Both the position numbers and the translations under genes were made by a program. The notes under the pieces were generated by a model. That model was not told where the DNA came from, did no database searches, and worked only from the letters and a program-made list of their open reading frames with translations. A stretch of 64,000 nt of DNA from Gammaproteobacteria bacterium. GTDB lineage: Bacteria; Pseudomonadota; Gammaproteobacteria; Pseudomonadales; Balneatricaceae. This document shows positions 46,895-56,774 of the stretch, one piece after another. The first letter of the stretch is position 1, and each line of letters opens with the position of its first letter. The stretch covers positions 9,298-73,297 of the forward strand of contig JAAERS010000388.1 in the NCBI GenBank assembly GCA_024230095.1, read 5' to 3'.

Positions 46895-47809
46895 CTTCAT
46901 TACCAAACCCACCCCAAGCGCCACTATGACACCTGCAAATAGGCCAACTGCCATGTTTATCAAGCTCGGTACCAGAGCGCCGGCTAGGATATTCATAGTA
47001 GGCAATGCGCCAACCCAATGGTCGGCATAATCAGTCAAATGATGCAGAAATGGCATACCATGAACCAAAATACCACCTCCCACAAGGAACATGGCGATGG
47101 TTCCCACTACCGTTAGAGCTCGCATTAACGGTGCCGCCGAACGCAGCAGCGTGCGCCCAATACGCACAGTGAAAGTATGCCAAAAACCTTCTCCGGGGCG
47201 TTGCATGAGATACAGGCCAGCATCATCCATTTTGACAATGACCGCCACAAGCCCGTAGACACCCGCAGTAAACAACAATGCTAAACCAGATACCACCAAT
47301 ACCTGAGTAAGAAAAGCCGCGCTACTGACCGAACCCAGAGTAATGACCACAATTTCTGCAGACAAGATAAAATCTGTGCGAATTGCACCTTTAATCTTGG
47401 TTTTTTCAAGGGCTACCAAGTCCTTATTCTGTAAGCGCCGAACGCGCTCTTGGGCGTCATGTTCTTGGTCTTTATGAAATAACCACTCGTGTAATTTTTC
47501 ATAGCCTTCAAAACAAAGAAAAGCACCACCTAACATTAATACTGGGGTAATCAACCAGGGCGCAAACAGGCTCATCAATAAGGCGGCTGGCACCAGAATA
47601 AACTTGTTGCGAAAGGAGCCTTTCGCTACGGCCCAAACCACGGGCAGCTCACGCTCGGCCTTTACCCCTGTCACCTGCTCAGCATTGACTGCAAGATCAT
47701 CTCCCAATACAGCAGCCGTTTTTTTAGCGGCGACTTTAGACAAGGCGGCGATATCATCCAATAAGGTCGCGATATCATCAATAAGGGCAAGTAAGCTGGC
47801 TCCAGCCAT
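46880..47809 (-). CDS. DUF808 (YedI-like) inner-membrane protein
   Basis: The N-terminus MAGASLLALIDDIATLLDDIAALSKVAAKKTAAVLGDDLAVNAEQV closely parallels E. coli YedI. The ATG at 47809 is preferred. Confidence 0.8.
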   Translation of the reverse strand: MAGASLLALIDDIATLLDDIAALSKVAAKKTAAVLGDDLAVNAEQVTGVKAERELPVVWAVAKGSFRNKFILVPAALLMSLFAPWLITPVLMLGGAFLCFEGYEKLHEWLFHKDQEHDAQERVRRLQNKDLVALEKTKIKGAIRTDFILSAEIVVITLGSVSSAAFLTQVLVVSGLALLFTAGVYGLVAVIVKMDDAGLYLMQRPGEGFWHTFTVRIGRTLLRSAAPLMRALTVVGTIAMFLVGGGILVHGMPFLHHLTDYADHWVGALPTMNILAGALVPSLINMAVGLFAGVIVALGVGLVMKLRQS

Positions 47810-47836
47810 AACGTAGGTTCCCAATAATACAATAAT

Positions 47837-48700
47837 TTAAAAAATAGGCTTTTTGCCCAGTATTGCAAGTAGTGTGTCGGCTACTAATTCCGGTTCATCC
47901 AAAGGCAGTAGGTGCCCAGCACCAGCAAATTCAGTGGCTTGTTTTGGCCCCGGTAAAGCTTGCCAACGTTGCCAACTATCAGTATCAACTGTATGGGAAT
48001 GTTCGGCGCGCAGCAAATGTATAGGCACTTGGATTTGTTTCAAGGTTTTCCAAACATTAGGTATGGTACTGTAAACCAAGGCTTCCCAATGTTTATCAAA
48101 CAACAGACCGAACTCATCAACCCCGCCTTCCGGATCCTCAATGGGGCCCACACCAGCATTAATATAATCCCATAGAACAGCATCAGAAAGACCTCTGAAT
48201 ACCCATTTACTGCGGTGGAAATCGAATGCTGCCTGCATTGATGACCAGCGGTTTGGACGACCCAAAGCCTTCCTCACAATAGGTACTCGGCGCTTCATGG
48301 TATTTGGCATATGGCGCATAAGGCGTGAGTAACGAGCCTTTAAGAATACGGGTTCTATCATGATAAGTTGATGAAATAAATCAGGACGCTTGTGTGCCGC
48401 AAATAGGCCGACTAAAGAACCCATAGAATGGCCCACATAAGTGACAGGAGCAAGTTGATGCTGTTCAATAAAAGATATTTGATCGGCGGCCATACGCTGC
48501 CAAAATTGACGATCTTTGTATTCGCCACGAAAATCATCAAGGCTTTGCCAGAGGGGCCGCAATGCGGCGGCATATACAGTGTACTCATGGCCCAGCGGCT
48601 GCAAAAGGCTAGCATAGCTACCTGGCGGAAAACCATTGGCATGAGCAAACAGCAGTGGCGTTGCCCCCCGCCCATATATTTCAAAAGGTATTTGTGTCAT
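47837..48700 (-). CDS. Alpha/beta-fold hydrolase
   Basis: GHSMGS nucleophile elbow and a C-terminal GAGHLLPLDEPE His motif. Confidence 0.85.
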   Translation of the reverse strand: MTQIPFEIYGRGATPLLFAHANGFPPGSYASLLQPLGHEYTVYAAALRPLWQSLDDFRGEYKDRQFWQRMAADQISFIEQHQLAPVTYVGHSMGSLVGLFAAHKRPDLFHQLIMIEPVFLKARYSRLMRHMPNTMKRRVPIVRKALGRPNRWSSMQAAFDFHRSKWVFRGLSDAVLWDYINAGVGPIEDPEGGVDEFGLLFDKHWEALVYSTIPNVWKTLKQIQVPIHLLRAEHSHTVDTDSWQRWQALPGPKQATEFAGAGHLLPLDEPELVADTLLAILGKKPIF

Positions 48701-48787
48701 TGCTATCTCAACTCGGTTTCAAACATTATGCCAAACCTGACAACAATCCGAGCAAGTAAAACTCATTGGTCGCTTTTAATTAGGCAT

Positions 48788-48813
48788 AAAAAAACCGCCA
48801 CAGCGGTTTTTTT
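48788..48813 (-). terminator. Intrinsic terminator downstream of aspC (AAAAAAACCGC-CACA-GCGGTTTTTTT)
   Basis: A hairpin flanked by A and T runs, 14 nt after the aspC stop. Confidence 0.65.
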
Positions 48814-48826
48814 AAACCACCTGAAA

Positions 48827-50020
48827 TTACAAAATAGCTGCTACCGCCTTGGCAAAGGCCGCCATATTGTTGTCATTTAAGCCGGCAACGTTAATGCGAC
48901 TGGAACCCACCAAGTAAACGCTATGATTATTAACCAGACTATTTACCTGGTCTTTATCCACACCCAAGAAAGAGAACATGCCTTTTTGGCGTTCAATAAA
49001 GCTGAAATCCCGTTCAATTCCCGCATCATTAAGCGCTTGCACCAGTTCGCCGCGCAAGCGCGCAATACGTTCACGCACTTCAGCTAGTTCAGCCAACCAG
49101 TCAGCTTTGAGTTCTGCATCATCCAAGATAGTTTGCACGATCAAAGCACCGTGAGATGGTGGCATGGAATAATTGCCACGAATAACGCCATTCATTTGGC
49201 CCTGCGCAATAGTGGCAGTATCAGCATTGTTAGTGATAACCAAAGCGGTACCAGTACGTTCACGATAGAGACCAAAGTTCTTAGAGCACGAACTGGCAAT
49301 CACCATCTCATCAACCGTTTTGGCGACAATACGTAAACCAGCCGCATCTTCTTCCATGCCATCGCCCATGCCTTGGTAAGCAATATCAATGAACGGAATT
49401 AAGCCTTTTTGTTTGGCTAATTCAGCCACAGCTTGCCACTGATCTAGGTTTAGATCAGCACCAGAGGGATTGTGGCAGCAACCGTGCAATAAAACTATGT
49501 CACCGGCTTGTGCGTCGCTGCGTAATTTGGCCATCATGGCATCAAAATCAACGCTGTGGGTGGTAGCATCAAAGTATGGAAACTCATCCAACGTCAAACC
49601 CGCGTTATCAATAATTGCGTGGTGGTTGGCCCAAGTAGGCTTACCAACCCAAACCTTGGCGCCAGGCTTGGCGGCATTGATAAAGTCACAAATAACACGC
49701 AAGGCACCTGTGCCACCTGGCGTTTGCGCAATAGCCAAGCGCCCAGCGGCCGTAATGGCGTTATTTTCGCCCAAGACGACATCGGCAATCAGTTGATTGT
49801 AACGTGCCCAACCAGCCATACCAACATAGGTTTTGGTGTCTTCCGTTTGCAATAAGCGTTGTTCTGCAACATCCACGGCCCGCATTATTGGCGTATGGCC
49901 CTGCTCGTCTTTGTATACACCCAGACCCAAATCCACTTTATTAGGATTGGTGTCTTCGCGGTGCATGGCAGCTAGCTTAAGAATGGGATCGGCTGGCACT
50001 GATTGCAGTGACTCAAACAT
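48827..50020 (-). CDS. aspC: Aspartate/aromatic-amino-acid aminotransferase (class I)
   Basis: MFESLQSVPADPIL..., LGLGVYKDE.G.TP and SCSKNFGLYRERTG motifs as in AspC/TyrB. The choice between AspC and TyrB is not resolved. Confidence 0.8.
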   Translation of the reverse strand: MFESLQSVPADPILKLAAMHREDTNPNKVDLGLGVYKDEQGHTPIMRAVDVAEQRLLQTEDTKTYVGMAGWARYNQLIADVVLGENNAITAAGRLAIAQTPGGTGALRVICDFINAAKPGAKVWVGKPTWANHHAIIDNAGLTLDEFPYFDATTHSVDFDAMMAKLRSDAQAGDIVLLHGCCHNPSGADLNLDQWQAVAELAKQKGLIPFIDIAYQGMGDGMEEDAAGLRIVAKTVDEMVIASSCSKNFGLYRERTGTALVITNNADTATIAQGQMNGVIRGNYSMPPSHGALIVQTILDDAELKADWLAELAEVRERIARLRGELVQALNDAGIERDFSFIERQKGMFSFLGVDKDQVNSLVNNHSVYLVGSSRINVAGLNDNNMAAFAKAVAAIL

Positions 50021-50231
50021 GGAAAATACTCTTTATTAAGTTGGTGAAAGTGTTTTAGCGGCCTTTGTGCAAGCCAGTATTTGGCCAAGGTCTTACTATA
50101 CATACAGTGACAAAATTATATGCCTTTGAGAGGTGTAAAACTATGCTAAAAGTTAAAATCTTATGACATTTTTTAACAAAATTACCGTTTTAGTCCATCA
50201 CCGACAATCAAACCCATATGAAGCGCTCATT

Positions 50232-51161
50232 TTACCGTTCGGCTGACGGCACACGACCGTATTGCTGGCGATAACAACGAGAGAAATAGGTGCCAGAATT
50301 AAATCCACAAGCACTGGCAATTTGCGTAATAGATAAGGTGGATTGATGCAAAAGGTGTTGCGCTTTTTGCAAACGCAACTGCAAATAAAATTGATTGGGT
50401 GATTGACAAAAATGTTGTTTAAACAAGCGCTCCATTTGGCGCACGGACATGTTCGCCAATTGAGCGACTTCGGCACACGGCAGGGGCTGATCCAGTTGAC
50501 CCTGCATCACCTCAACGGCTTTAACTAAACGGTTATTTTTAATATTAAAGCGGCTTTGCAGTTTCATACGAGCATCATCATGGGCGGGCCTTATGGCCGG
50601 GTGCATATATTGCTCGGCCACCAACATAGCCAAATCATAACCATGCTCACCAGAAATCAGTTGCAACATCATGTCCATGCCGGCCGAGCCACCAGAGCAG
50701 GTCATGAGGTTACCGTCAAACTCATACAGTTCACCACTCATATTCACATCACTAAACTGCTCACGAAAACTGTCAACATACTCCCAGTGGATGGTACAAG
50801 TGCGTTGCCGTAATAATTTGGCCTTCGCCAATAACAAGCTACCTGTTGAAGTTGCTCCAAATACACCAACTTGCCTGCACACTGTGCGCAACCAAGTAAA
50901 AAAACGCTCACTGCCATAATTGGCTACCTCAACCCCTGCTACGACTATGAGCACATCAAGCTGGCCACAGGCTTCTAGCGTTATGGTTGGTTGTGTTGTC
51001 ATTTTGTTGCTTGCCGGTACCGGTTCCCCCGACCAGGAAATAAAATCCCAGGCATAGTTTTCTTTTCCAGCCTGGGCATTAGCCATGCGTAACGGTTCCA
51101 CCGCGGCCGCCAAGGACAGCATGGAAAAACCCGGTATCAGTACAAACCCAAAATGTCTCAT
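50232..51161 (-). CDS. GlxA-type transcriptional regulator (DJ-1/PfpI-like domain plus AraC HTH)
   Basis: 309 aa. The N-terminal domain is GATase1-like, and a C-terminal AraC-type double HTH is present. Confidence 0.8.
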   Translation of the reverse strand: MRHFGFVLIPGFSMLSLAAAVEPLRMANAQAGKENYAWDFISWSGEPVPASNKMTTQPTITLEACGQLDVLIVVAGVEVANYGSERFFTWLRTVCRQVGVFGATSTGSLLLAKAKLLRQRTCTIHWEYVDSFREQFSDVNMSGELYEFDGNLMTCSGGSAGMDMMLQLISGEHGYDLAMLVAEQYMHPAIRPAHDDARMKLQSRFNIKNNRLVKAVEVMQGQLDQPLPCAEVAQLANMSVRQMERLFKQHFCQSPNQFYLQLRLQKAQHLLHQSTLSITQIASACGFNSGTYFSRCYRQQYGRVPSAER

Positions 51162-51298
51162 CGTCTTTTAGACCCTCAGTTTTGTCTATAATAGCCTCAA
51201 TTGTCGCAATAGTCTTTACATTTGACGTATTTTTATCAATGCTTCTAATGTGAAAAGTGCATTATGGTGTAGCTAAATAACCAAATAAGAGAATAGTC

Positions 51299-52639
51299 AT
51301 GGCATTTCCTACTTCCTCACCCTATGTGATCGTTGGCGCTGGCATCCACGGTCTTTCTACTGCCTATCACCTAGCCCTAGAACTAAAAGCACGCGGTAAA
51401 GGCGATGGCCGAGATATTGTTATCCTCGACAAGGGCGGTATTGCCGCTGGTGCTACCGGCATTGCCTGTGGTGTCGTGCGTAACAACTACTTTCAACCGG
51501 CCATGCGAGAACTCATGGCACACTCTGTAGAAGTATGGGAGTCTGATGCCAAAAACTATTCCTACCATCCAGTTGGCTATATGCAGATTAGCCCAGAAAG
51601 CATGCATGCCGATGTAGCATCAATCTATGAACAACAACAAGCCATTGGTTATGAATCAGATTTCATTGAAGGTGAAGCTGATAGTACTAAATACATGAAA
51701 GGTATTTTCCACGACTGGCAAGCCAAGGGCATCACGTCAGTATTGCATGAGAAAAAAGGTGGTTATGCCAACAATACCAAAGCCATGTATGGCTTGGCCA
51801 CTAAGGCCGAAGCCGAGGGTGTGCGCATCATTACTGGTGTGACCGTTACCGGCTTTACACGATCCGGTGGTGCGGTCACCGCCGTGGAGACTAACAAGGG
51901 TAATGTCGAATGTGGCCAAGTCGTAGTGGGAGCAGGCCCTTGGGTACGCAATTTCTGGGACATGTTGGAGCTGCCTAACACTGTGGATATCAAAGGTACT
52001 GATGGGACCATGCATAGAGACATACCCACCTGGGTGTATTGGTCATTGCAAGAGGGTACCTTGGGTGTTGATCCCAAGCTTCAGGTCGACAACGACGGCA
52101 ATATGCCACCTGTTATTCACGTTGACTCCAATGAACCCTTGTACTCTTGCGAAGATGGCTCTTTGGTAACCGATGAAATGTGGGGCATTTATTACAAGCC
52201 TGACTTCCATTTTGGTGGCGTGCAAGGAGGTGCAGCTCCGTTTATAGTAGACAAGCCCGCCGGCGATGTAGAAATCGACCCTTACGGCCCTGAGTCACCA
52301 GAATTTATTGTCGGTCCTGAATTTGCACACATGTGGGTTTCGGCTTTGGCGCATTGCCAAAAGCGTTTTGAGGGCACTATGGCAAAATATAAAGATGAAG
52401 CCAGTGGCGGTATCGGCTGCTTTACTCCCGATTCATTCCCTGTGTTTGATACCTTCTTCCAAAACTGCTACATCATCGCTGACTCCAATCATGGCTATAA
52501 GATGCTCGGTGTGGGCAAGCTGGTGGCAGAAGAGATTGCTAGTAACAGCAAGACGCGTTTGCTAGAACCCTTCCGCTTCTCCCGCTACGCTGAAGGCAAG
52601 CTACACCCTGTGTCTAGCAGCCCCTTCCCTTGGTCTTAA
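51299..52639 (+). CDS. FAD-dependent oxidoreductase, DAO family (sarcosine-oxidase-beta-like), solitary
   Basis: VIVGAGIHGLSTAYHLA dinucleotide motif. 446 aa. No alpha, gamma or delta sarcosine oxidase subunit genes are adjacent. Confidence 0.7.
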   Translation: MAFPTSSPYVIVGAGIHGLSTAYHLALELKARGKGDGRDIVILDKGGIAAGATGIACGVVRNNYFQPAMRELMAHSVEVWESDAKNYSYHPVGYMQISPESMHADVASIYEQQQAIGYESDFIEGEADSTKYMKGIFHDWQAKGITSVLHEKKGGYANNTKAMYGLATKAEAEGVRIITGVTVTGFTRSGGAVTAVETNKGNVECGQVVVGAGPWVRNFWDMLELPNTVDIKGTDGTMHRDIPTWVYWSLQEGTLGVDPKLQVDNDGNMPPVIHVDSNEPLYSCEDGSLVTDEMWGIYYKPDFHFGGVQGGAAPFIVDKPAGDVEIDPYGPESPEFIVGPEFAHMWVSALAHCQKRFEGTMAKYKDEASGGIGCFTPDSFPVFDTFFQNCYIIADSNHGYKMLGVGKLVAEEIASNSKTRLLEPFRFSRYAEGKLHPVSSSPFPWS

Positions 52640-52661
52640 AAAAGTTATAAACACTCAACCA

Positions 52662-52686
52662 GCTGGTTGGCTAATAGCCAACCAGC
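52662..52686 (+). terminator. Perfect 10-bp stem hairpin (GCTGGTTGGC-TAATA-GCCAACCAGC) after the oxidoreductase gene; no U-tract
   Basis: Read directly from the sequence. It lies 22 nt after the stop codon. Confidence 0.35.
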
Positions 52687-52784
52687 GCCTCCTCGGACCT
52701 GGAGTGACAGCCATTGCCATAAGCATGGCAAGCTCTCCTTAGCTCAGGCATAATGCCAACTTACTCCACCTGCCTATCGCTTGT

Positions 52785-53651
52785 ATGGTCATACCTCGCT
52801 TATTGTTACACCCAGTTTATGGTGCCCTCACCGTAGCGGCTATCTGGGGCCTTAACGTTGTGGTCATGAAAATAGCCATGGCAGACCTACCGCCCTTGGC
52901 ATTCACCACTCTGCGCTTTTGTGCCCTAGCCTTGCTACTATGGCCTTTTGTCAAAATCAGCTGGCCACAGTTTCGCCAATCACTGCCTCTTGCCCTCACC
53001 ATGGGCATGGGACACTTCTACATGCTAGCCCTAGGCTTGACCTATGTGCCTGGTGTAATAGCCAGCTTGTGTCTATTACTCGGTGCACCCTTTTCATCTA
53101 TTTTGGGTTATTTGATTCTCAAAGAGCATTTAACTATGCGGCAGGTGATGGCCATCACCATAGCCACCTTAGGCGCTCTTATACCCACATTGGCATCAGG
53201 CAACATAAGCCTACAAATTGGCATGCTCATCGTCATCTTTAGCACCTTTATGTGGGCCTATGGCAACATTCAAGTAAAACAGATGCAACAGATATCCACC
53301 ATGGCCATTCAATTCTGGATTGCCGTGATCACCGCTCCTATTAGCTATGGCTTTTACGTGTACACGGCGGATGGCGTTGCTCTCACCGAGCATATCACCC
53401 TGCAAGCCATGGCTTGCTTGGCTTATGTAGTGGTCTTTTCATCAATTATTGGCTACGCTCTTTGGTATCGATTAATTCACCGTCATGGTGTACAACAGGT
53501 CGCCCCCTACGCCTTGGTGCAACCCATTTTCACCTTAATGGCCGGCTACCTAATACTGGCAGAAGTACTAAGTTTATGGCAATGGTTAGGCAGTAGCATT
53601 ACACTTATGGCCATATACCTTTACTATCATTACCAAAGACCAAACCAATGA
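52785..53651 (+). CDS. EamA/DMT-family transporter
   Basis: 288 aa with 10 TM segments. Confidence 0.8.
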   Translation: MVIPRLLLHPVYGALTVAAIWGLNVVVMKIAMADLPPLAFTTLRFCALALLLWPFVKISWPQFRQSLPLALTMGMGHFYMLALGLTYVPGVIASLCLLLGAPFSSILGYLILKEHLTMRQVMAITIATLGALIPTLASGNISLQIGMLIVIFSTFMWAYGNIQVKQMQQISTMAIQFWIAVITAPISYGFYVYTADGVALTEHITLQAMACLAYVVVFSSIIGYALWYRLIHRHGVQQVAPYALVQPIFTLMAGYLILAEVLSLWQWLGSSITLMAIYLYYHYQRPNQ

Positions 53652-54361
53652 TTGATTTGCATTACTGGCCAACCCCCAATGGTTGGAAAATCACGATCTT
53701 GTTAGCCGAGCTTGATGTGCCCTATCAACTGAAATACGTCAATATCATGCAAGGTGATCAATTTGCGCCGGCATTTTTAACCATTGCCCCCAATAATCGC
53801 ATACCCGCTATCGTTGACCATCACCCCGTAGACGGTGGCAAGCCCATTAGCTTATTCGAGTCGGGTGCCATCATGCAGTATCTGGGGGATAAGTACGGTC
53901 AGTTTTACAGCCAGGACTTACGTACCCGCCAACAGATCAATCAGTGGCTATTCTGGCAGATGGGTGGTCTCGGGCCTATGGCTGGACAAGCCCACCACTT
54001 TCGTCAATATGCACCCCAAACCATCGCCTATGGCGTCGATCGTTATACCAAAGAATGTAACCGCTTATATGGTGTCATGAACCGACACCTAGCTGAACGA
54101 GAATATTTAGCGGGGAAATACTCCATTGCTGACATGGCCTGCTGGCCCTGGGCTATGCTTAATGAACGCCAAGGCCAAGATATCAATGACTTCCCCCATG
54201 TTAAACGCTGGATCGATGCCATTGAAGCCCGCCCGGCTGTGCGACAAGGTCAACAAATTGGTCTGGACTTACGTCGTGATATTACCGATGAAGAATCACG
54301 CAACATACTATTTGGGCAAACGGCCAGTTCACAAGAGCAGCCAAAACCGCAAGACCATTAA
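53648..54361 (+). CDS. Nu-class glutathione S-transferase (YfcG-like disulfide reductase type)
   Basis: MIDLHYWPTPNGWKITILL...ISPNNRIPAIVDH.P.DGG.P.SLFESGAI closely parallels E. coli YfcG. It overlaps the upstream gene by 4 nt. Confidence 0.8.
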   Translation: MIDLHYWPTPNGWKITILLAELDVPYQLKYVNIMQGDQFAPAFLTIAPNNRIPAIVDHHPVDGGKPISLFESGAIMQYLGDKYGQFYSQDLRTRQQINQWLFWQMGGLGPMAGQAHHFRQYAPQTIAYGVDRYTKECNRLYGVMNRHLAEREYLAGKYSIADMACWPWAMLNERQGQDINDFPHVKRWIDAIEARPAVRQGQQIGLDLRRDITDEESRNILFGQTASSQEQPKPQDH

Positions 54362-54364
54362 TTG

Positions 54365-54386
54365 CATACCAACATGCATTGGTATG
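54365..54386. terminator. Hairpin CATACCAA-CATGCA-TTGGTATG between convergent genes
   Basis: An 8-bp perfect stem with no clear U-tract. Confidence 0.35.
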
Positions 54387-54400
54387 TAGGTAAATGATCG

Positions 54401-54907
54401 CTAAAATAAAGCGCGTTGTCGCTCGCCATCAATGATGATACCTTCCAACTCCAATAACTGTTGCTTCACATCCAGGCCGCCAGAAAAACCGGTTAAGGTA
54501 CCATTAGCACCCACCACACGGTGACAAGGAATAATCACCGCTATAGGATTTTTACCATTGGCAGCGCCCACGGCACGCGCGGCTTTAGGGCGATCAATGG
54601 CTATCGCTAAATCTTGGTAGCTGCACACCCTGCCAAAGGCTATGCTTTGTAATTGCTGCCATACCAATTTTTGGAAATCGGTTCCTTGGGGATTTAGAAC
54701 CAAGTCGAAGGTACGGCGTTGACCAGCAAAATACTCACCCAGCTGTCGCTGACAGGATGGCAATACGGTATCATCACGCCGCCAGGCTGATGGTAGCTGC
54801 CTGACAATTTTATCTTGTGGGAAACCCACATAATGCACCACATCCCCTTGCCCAGCTAACAACAACTGGCCAACTAGCGTGGTTATGTAGGTGTAAGAAA
54901 GACACAT
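54401..54907 (-). CDS. ogt: Methylated-DNA--protein-cysteine methyltransferase
   Basis: IPCHRVV active-site motif. The ATG at 54907 is preferred over the TTG at 54919. Confidence 0.85.
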   Translation of the reverse strand: MCLSYTYITTLVGQLLLAGQGDVVHYVGFPQDKIVRQLPSAWRRDDTVLPSCQRQLGEYFAGQRRTFDLVLNPQGTDFQKLVWQQLQSIAFGRVCSYQDLAIAIDRPKAARAVGAANGKNPIAVIIPCHRVVGANGTLTGFSGGLDVKQQLLELEGIIIDGERQRALF

Positions 54908-55126
54908 AATTAAGTTCAAAAGCGTTTACTTGGATAGAGTATAACGCACTGTGCTGGCATGGGTTAGGTGGCACCTAGCATTTAGGGTCGTTTAGCTTGG
55001 CATAATTAGCGCCGCAAAATAAAGCTAAGGATAATATTCAACCAACTACTAAATATGGTTGTCGATAGCGGCCTTTTTTAGCCTCATAAACCCTCAAGAA
55101 TTTAATTCCCTGACGGTTGTAAGCAA

Positions 55127-56635
55127 CTAATACCAAGCATCATCCATGCTGGCTTTTTTGCGTTCCACATAATCCGTAAGGGCATCAGCGGCAGCTTCAT
55201 CCATAGCCGGCATCTCATATTCTCGTAGCATACTTTTATAACGTTCATTAGCCCGCACTACGGCTTCTTTACTACCTTGTTCCTGCCACTGCTCAAAACT
55301 CTCGGAGTCAGACATAGGTGCGTCATAGAAAGCTGTTTCATAATTGGCCATGGTATGAGCACAACCTAAGAAGTGACCACCAGCCGGCACTTCCAGGTAG
55401 GCTTGTCCTGCCAAACCATTGGTATCAGTAGCAACACCACCGAGCATACGCTGATATACCCCCAAGCGATCGGCATCCAAAATGAGCTTTTCATAACCCA
55501 TGGACAAACCACCTTCTAACCACCCCGCTGCGTGCAACACATAGTTGGCGCCTGCCAAAGCTGTGGAATGCATCGAATCGGCACTTTCATAGGCAGCCTG
55601 CGCATCACATATCTTGGATGCCGTGAGTGAACCACCACAACGCAAAGGAATACCGACCCGGCGCGCCAACTGACCAATCATATAATTAGACATGATAGGT
55701 TCTGGCATACCAAAGGTGGGAGCGCCTGACTTTAAGCTCATAGAGGAAAGAAAATTGCCCATCACAAAAGGTGCACCCTGTCGCACTAGCTGACTAAAGG
55801 CACCGGCCGCCATGGCTTCAGCCATGGCCTGAGCGACGCCGGCTGCGGTAGTAACCGGACCCATAGCGCCACCGAGAATAAAGGGGGCAACAATGATAGC
55901 TTGATTAGCGCCACAGTATACTTGTATTGCTTGTGATGCCACCTTGTCGATCATCATGGGTGAATTAGCATTAACATTACCCATGATAACCACATTGTCT
56001 TCCATGAAGGCTTTACCAAATAAAATTTGGGCCATTGCCACCGAGTCTTCAGCACGCTCTTTAGCGGTTATCATGCCCAGTAAGGGCTTATCTGAATAGC
56101 ACAGGTGGCCATACACCATATCTAAGTGACGCTTATTCACGGGCACATCACAGGGTTCAACTAGCACGCCGCCAGAATGATGGAGGTAAGGCAAGTCTTT
56201 TACCAGCTTAACAAGGTTATTAAAGTCTTCGATGGTGCCATAGCGGCGCCCCTGATCCAGATCGCGAATAAACGGTGAGCCATAAGCCGGCGCAAACACT
56301 TGATTACGCCCCCCTATACGCACGCTTTTAGCTGGGTCACGCGCTACCTGAGTGAATTCACTTGGAATGGTACTACATAGCTGGCGTGCTAAACCGTCTG
56401 GAAAGCGTGCCTTCTCGCCTTGCACATCAACCCCGGCAGCACGCAGAATTTGCAACGCCTTGGGATCGTCACGAAACTCCACCCCCACTTCTTGGAGTAA
56501 CCAATCTACATGGACTTCAATTTCTTCTATCTGCTCTGGCACACAAAAATCAAAATAAGGAATATTACGTTGGATAAATGCGGGAACCTTAGCCGGGACT
56601 CGAGCCTTACCACGTTGGCGACTACGTCTGGTCAT
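55127..56635 (-). CDS. Trimethylamine methyltransferase (MttB) superfamily protein, non-pyrrolysine type (copy 2)
   Basis: 502 aa with an Arg-rich N-terminus (MTRRSRQRGKARVP) and MttB-like core motifs. The ORF is uninterrupted. Confidence 0.8.
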   Translation of the reverse strand: MTRRSRQRGKARVPAKVPAFIQRNIPYFDFCVPEQIEEIEVHVDWLLQEVGVEFRDDPKALQILRAAGVDVQGEKARFPDGLARQLCSTIPSEFTQVARDPAKSVRIGGRNQVFAPAYGSPFIRDLDQGRRYGTIEDFNNLVKLVKDLPYLHHSGGVLVEPCDVPVNKRHLDMVYGHLCYSDKPLLGMITAKERAEDSVAMAQILFGKAFMEDNVVIMGNVNANSPMMIDKVASQAIQVYCGANQAIIVAPFILGGAMGPVTTAAGVAQAMAEAMAAGAFSQLVRQGAPFVMGNFLSSMSLKSGAPTFGMPEPIMSNYMIGQLARRVGIPLRCGGSLTASKICDAQAAYESADSMHSTALAGANYVLHAAGWLEGGLSMGYEKLILDADRLGVYQRMLGGVATDTNGLAGQAYLEVPAGGHFLGCAHTMANYETAFYDAPMSDSESFEQWQEQGSKEAVVRANERYKSMLREYEMPAMDEAAADALTDYVERKKASMDDAWY

Positions 56636-56774
56636 AACCTACACTCCCGTAATAAAAATTAATGATTGATTTATCAGATCCGTTATCGGTAACAGTTTAA
56701 TACCAAAATACTTGCTAATCAGCCATATTAAAATTAATCTAGCCATAACTTTAAATTATGCCAAGTGATATTTT

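Noticed and set aside
50198-50476. 92-codon ORF overlapping the 3' part of the GlxA-type regulator in another frame.
   Set aside because: It lies entirely within the regulator gene on the same strand in a different frame, and has no recognisable product.
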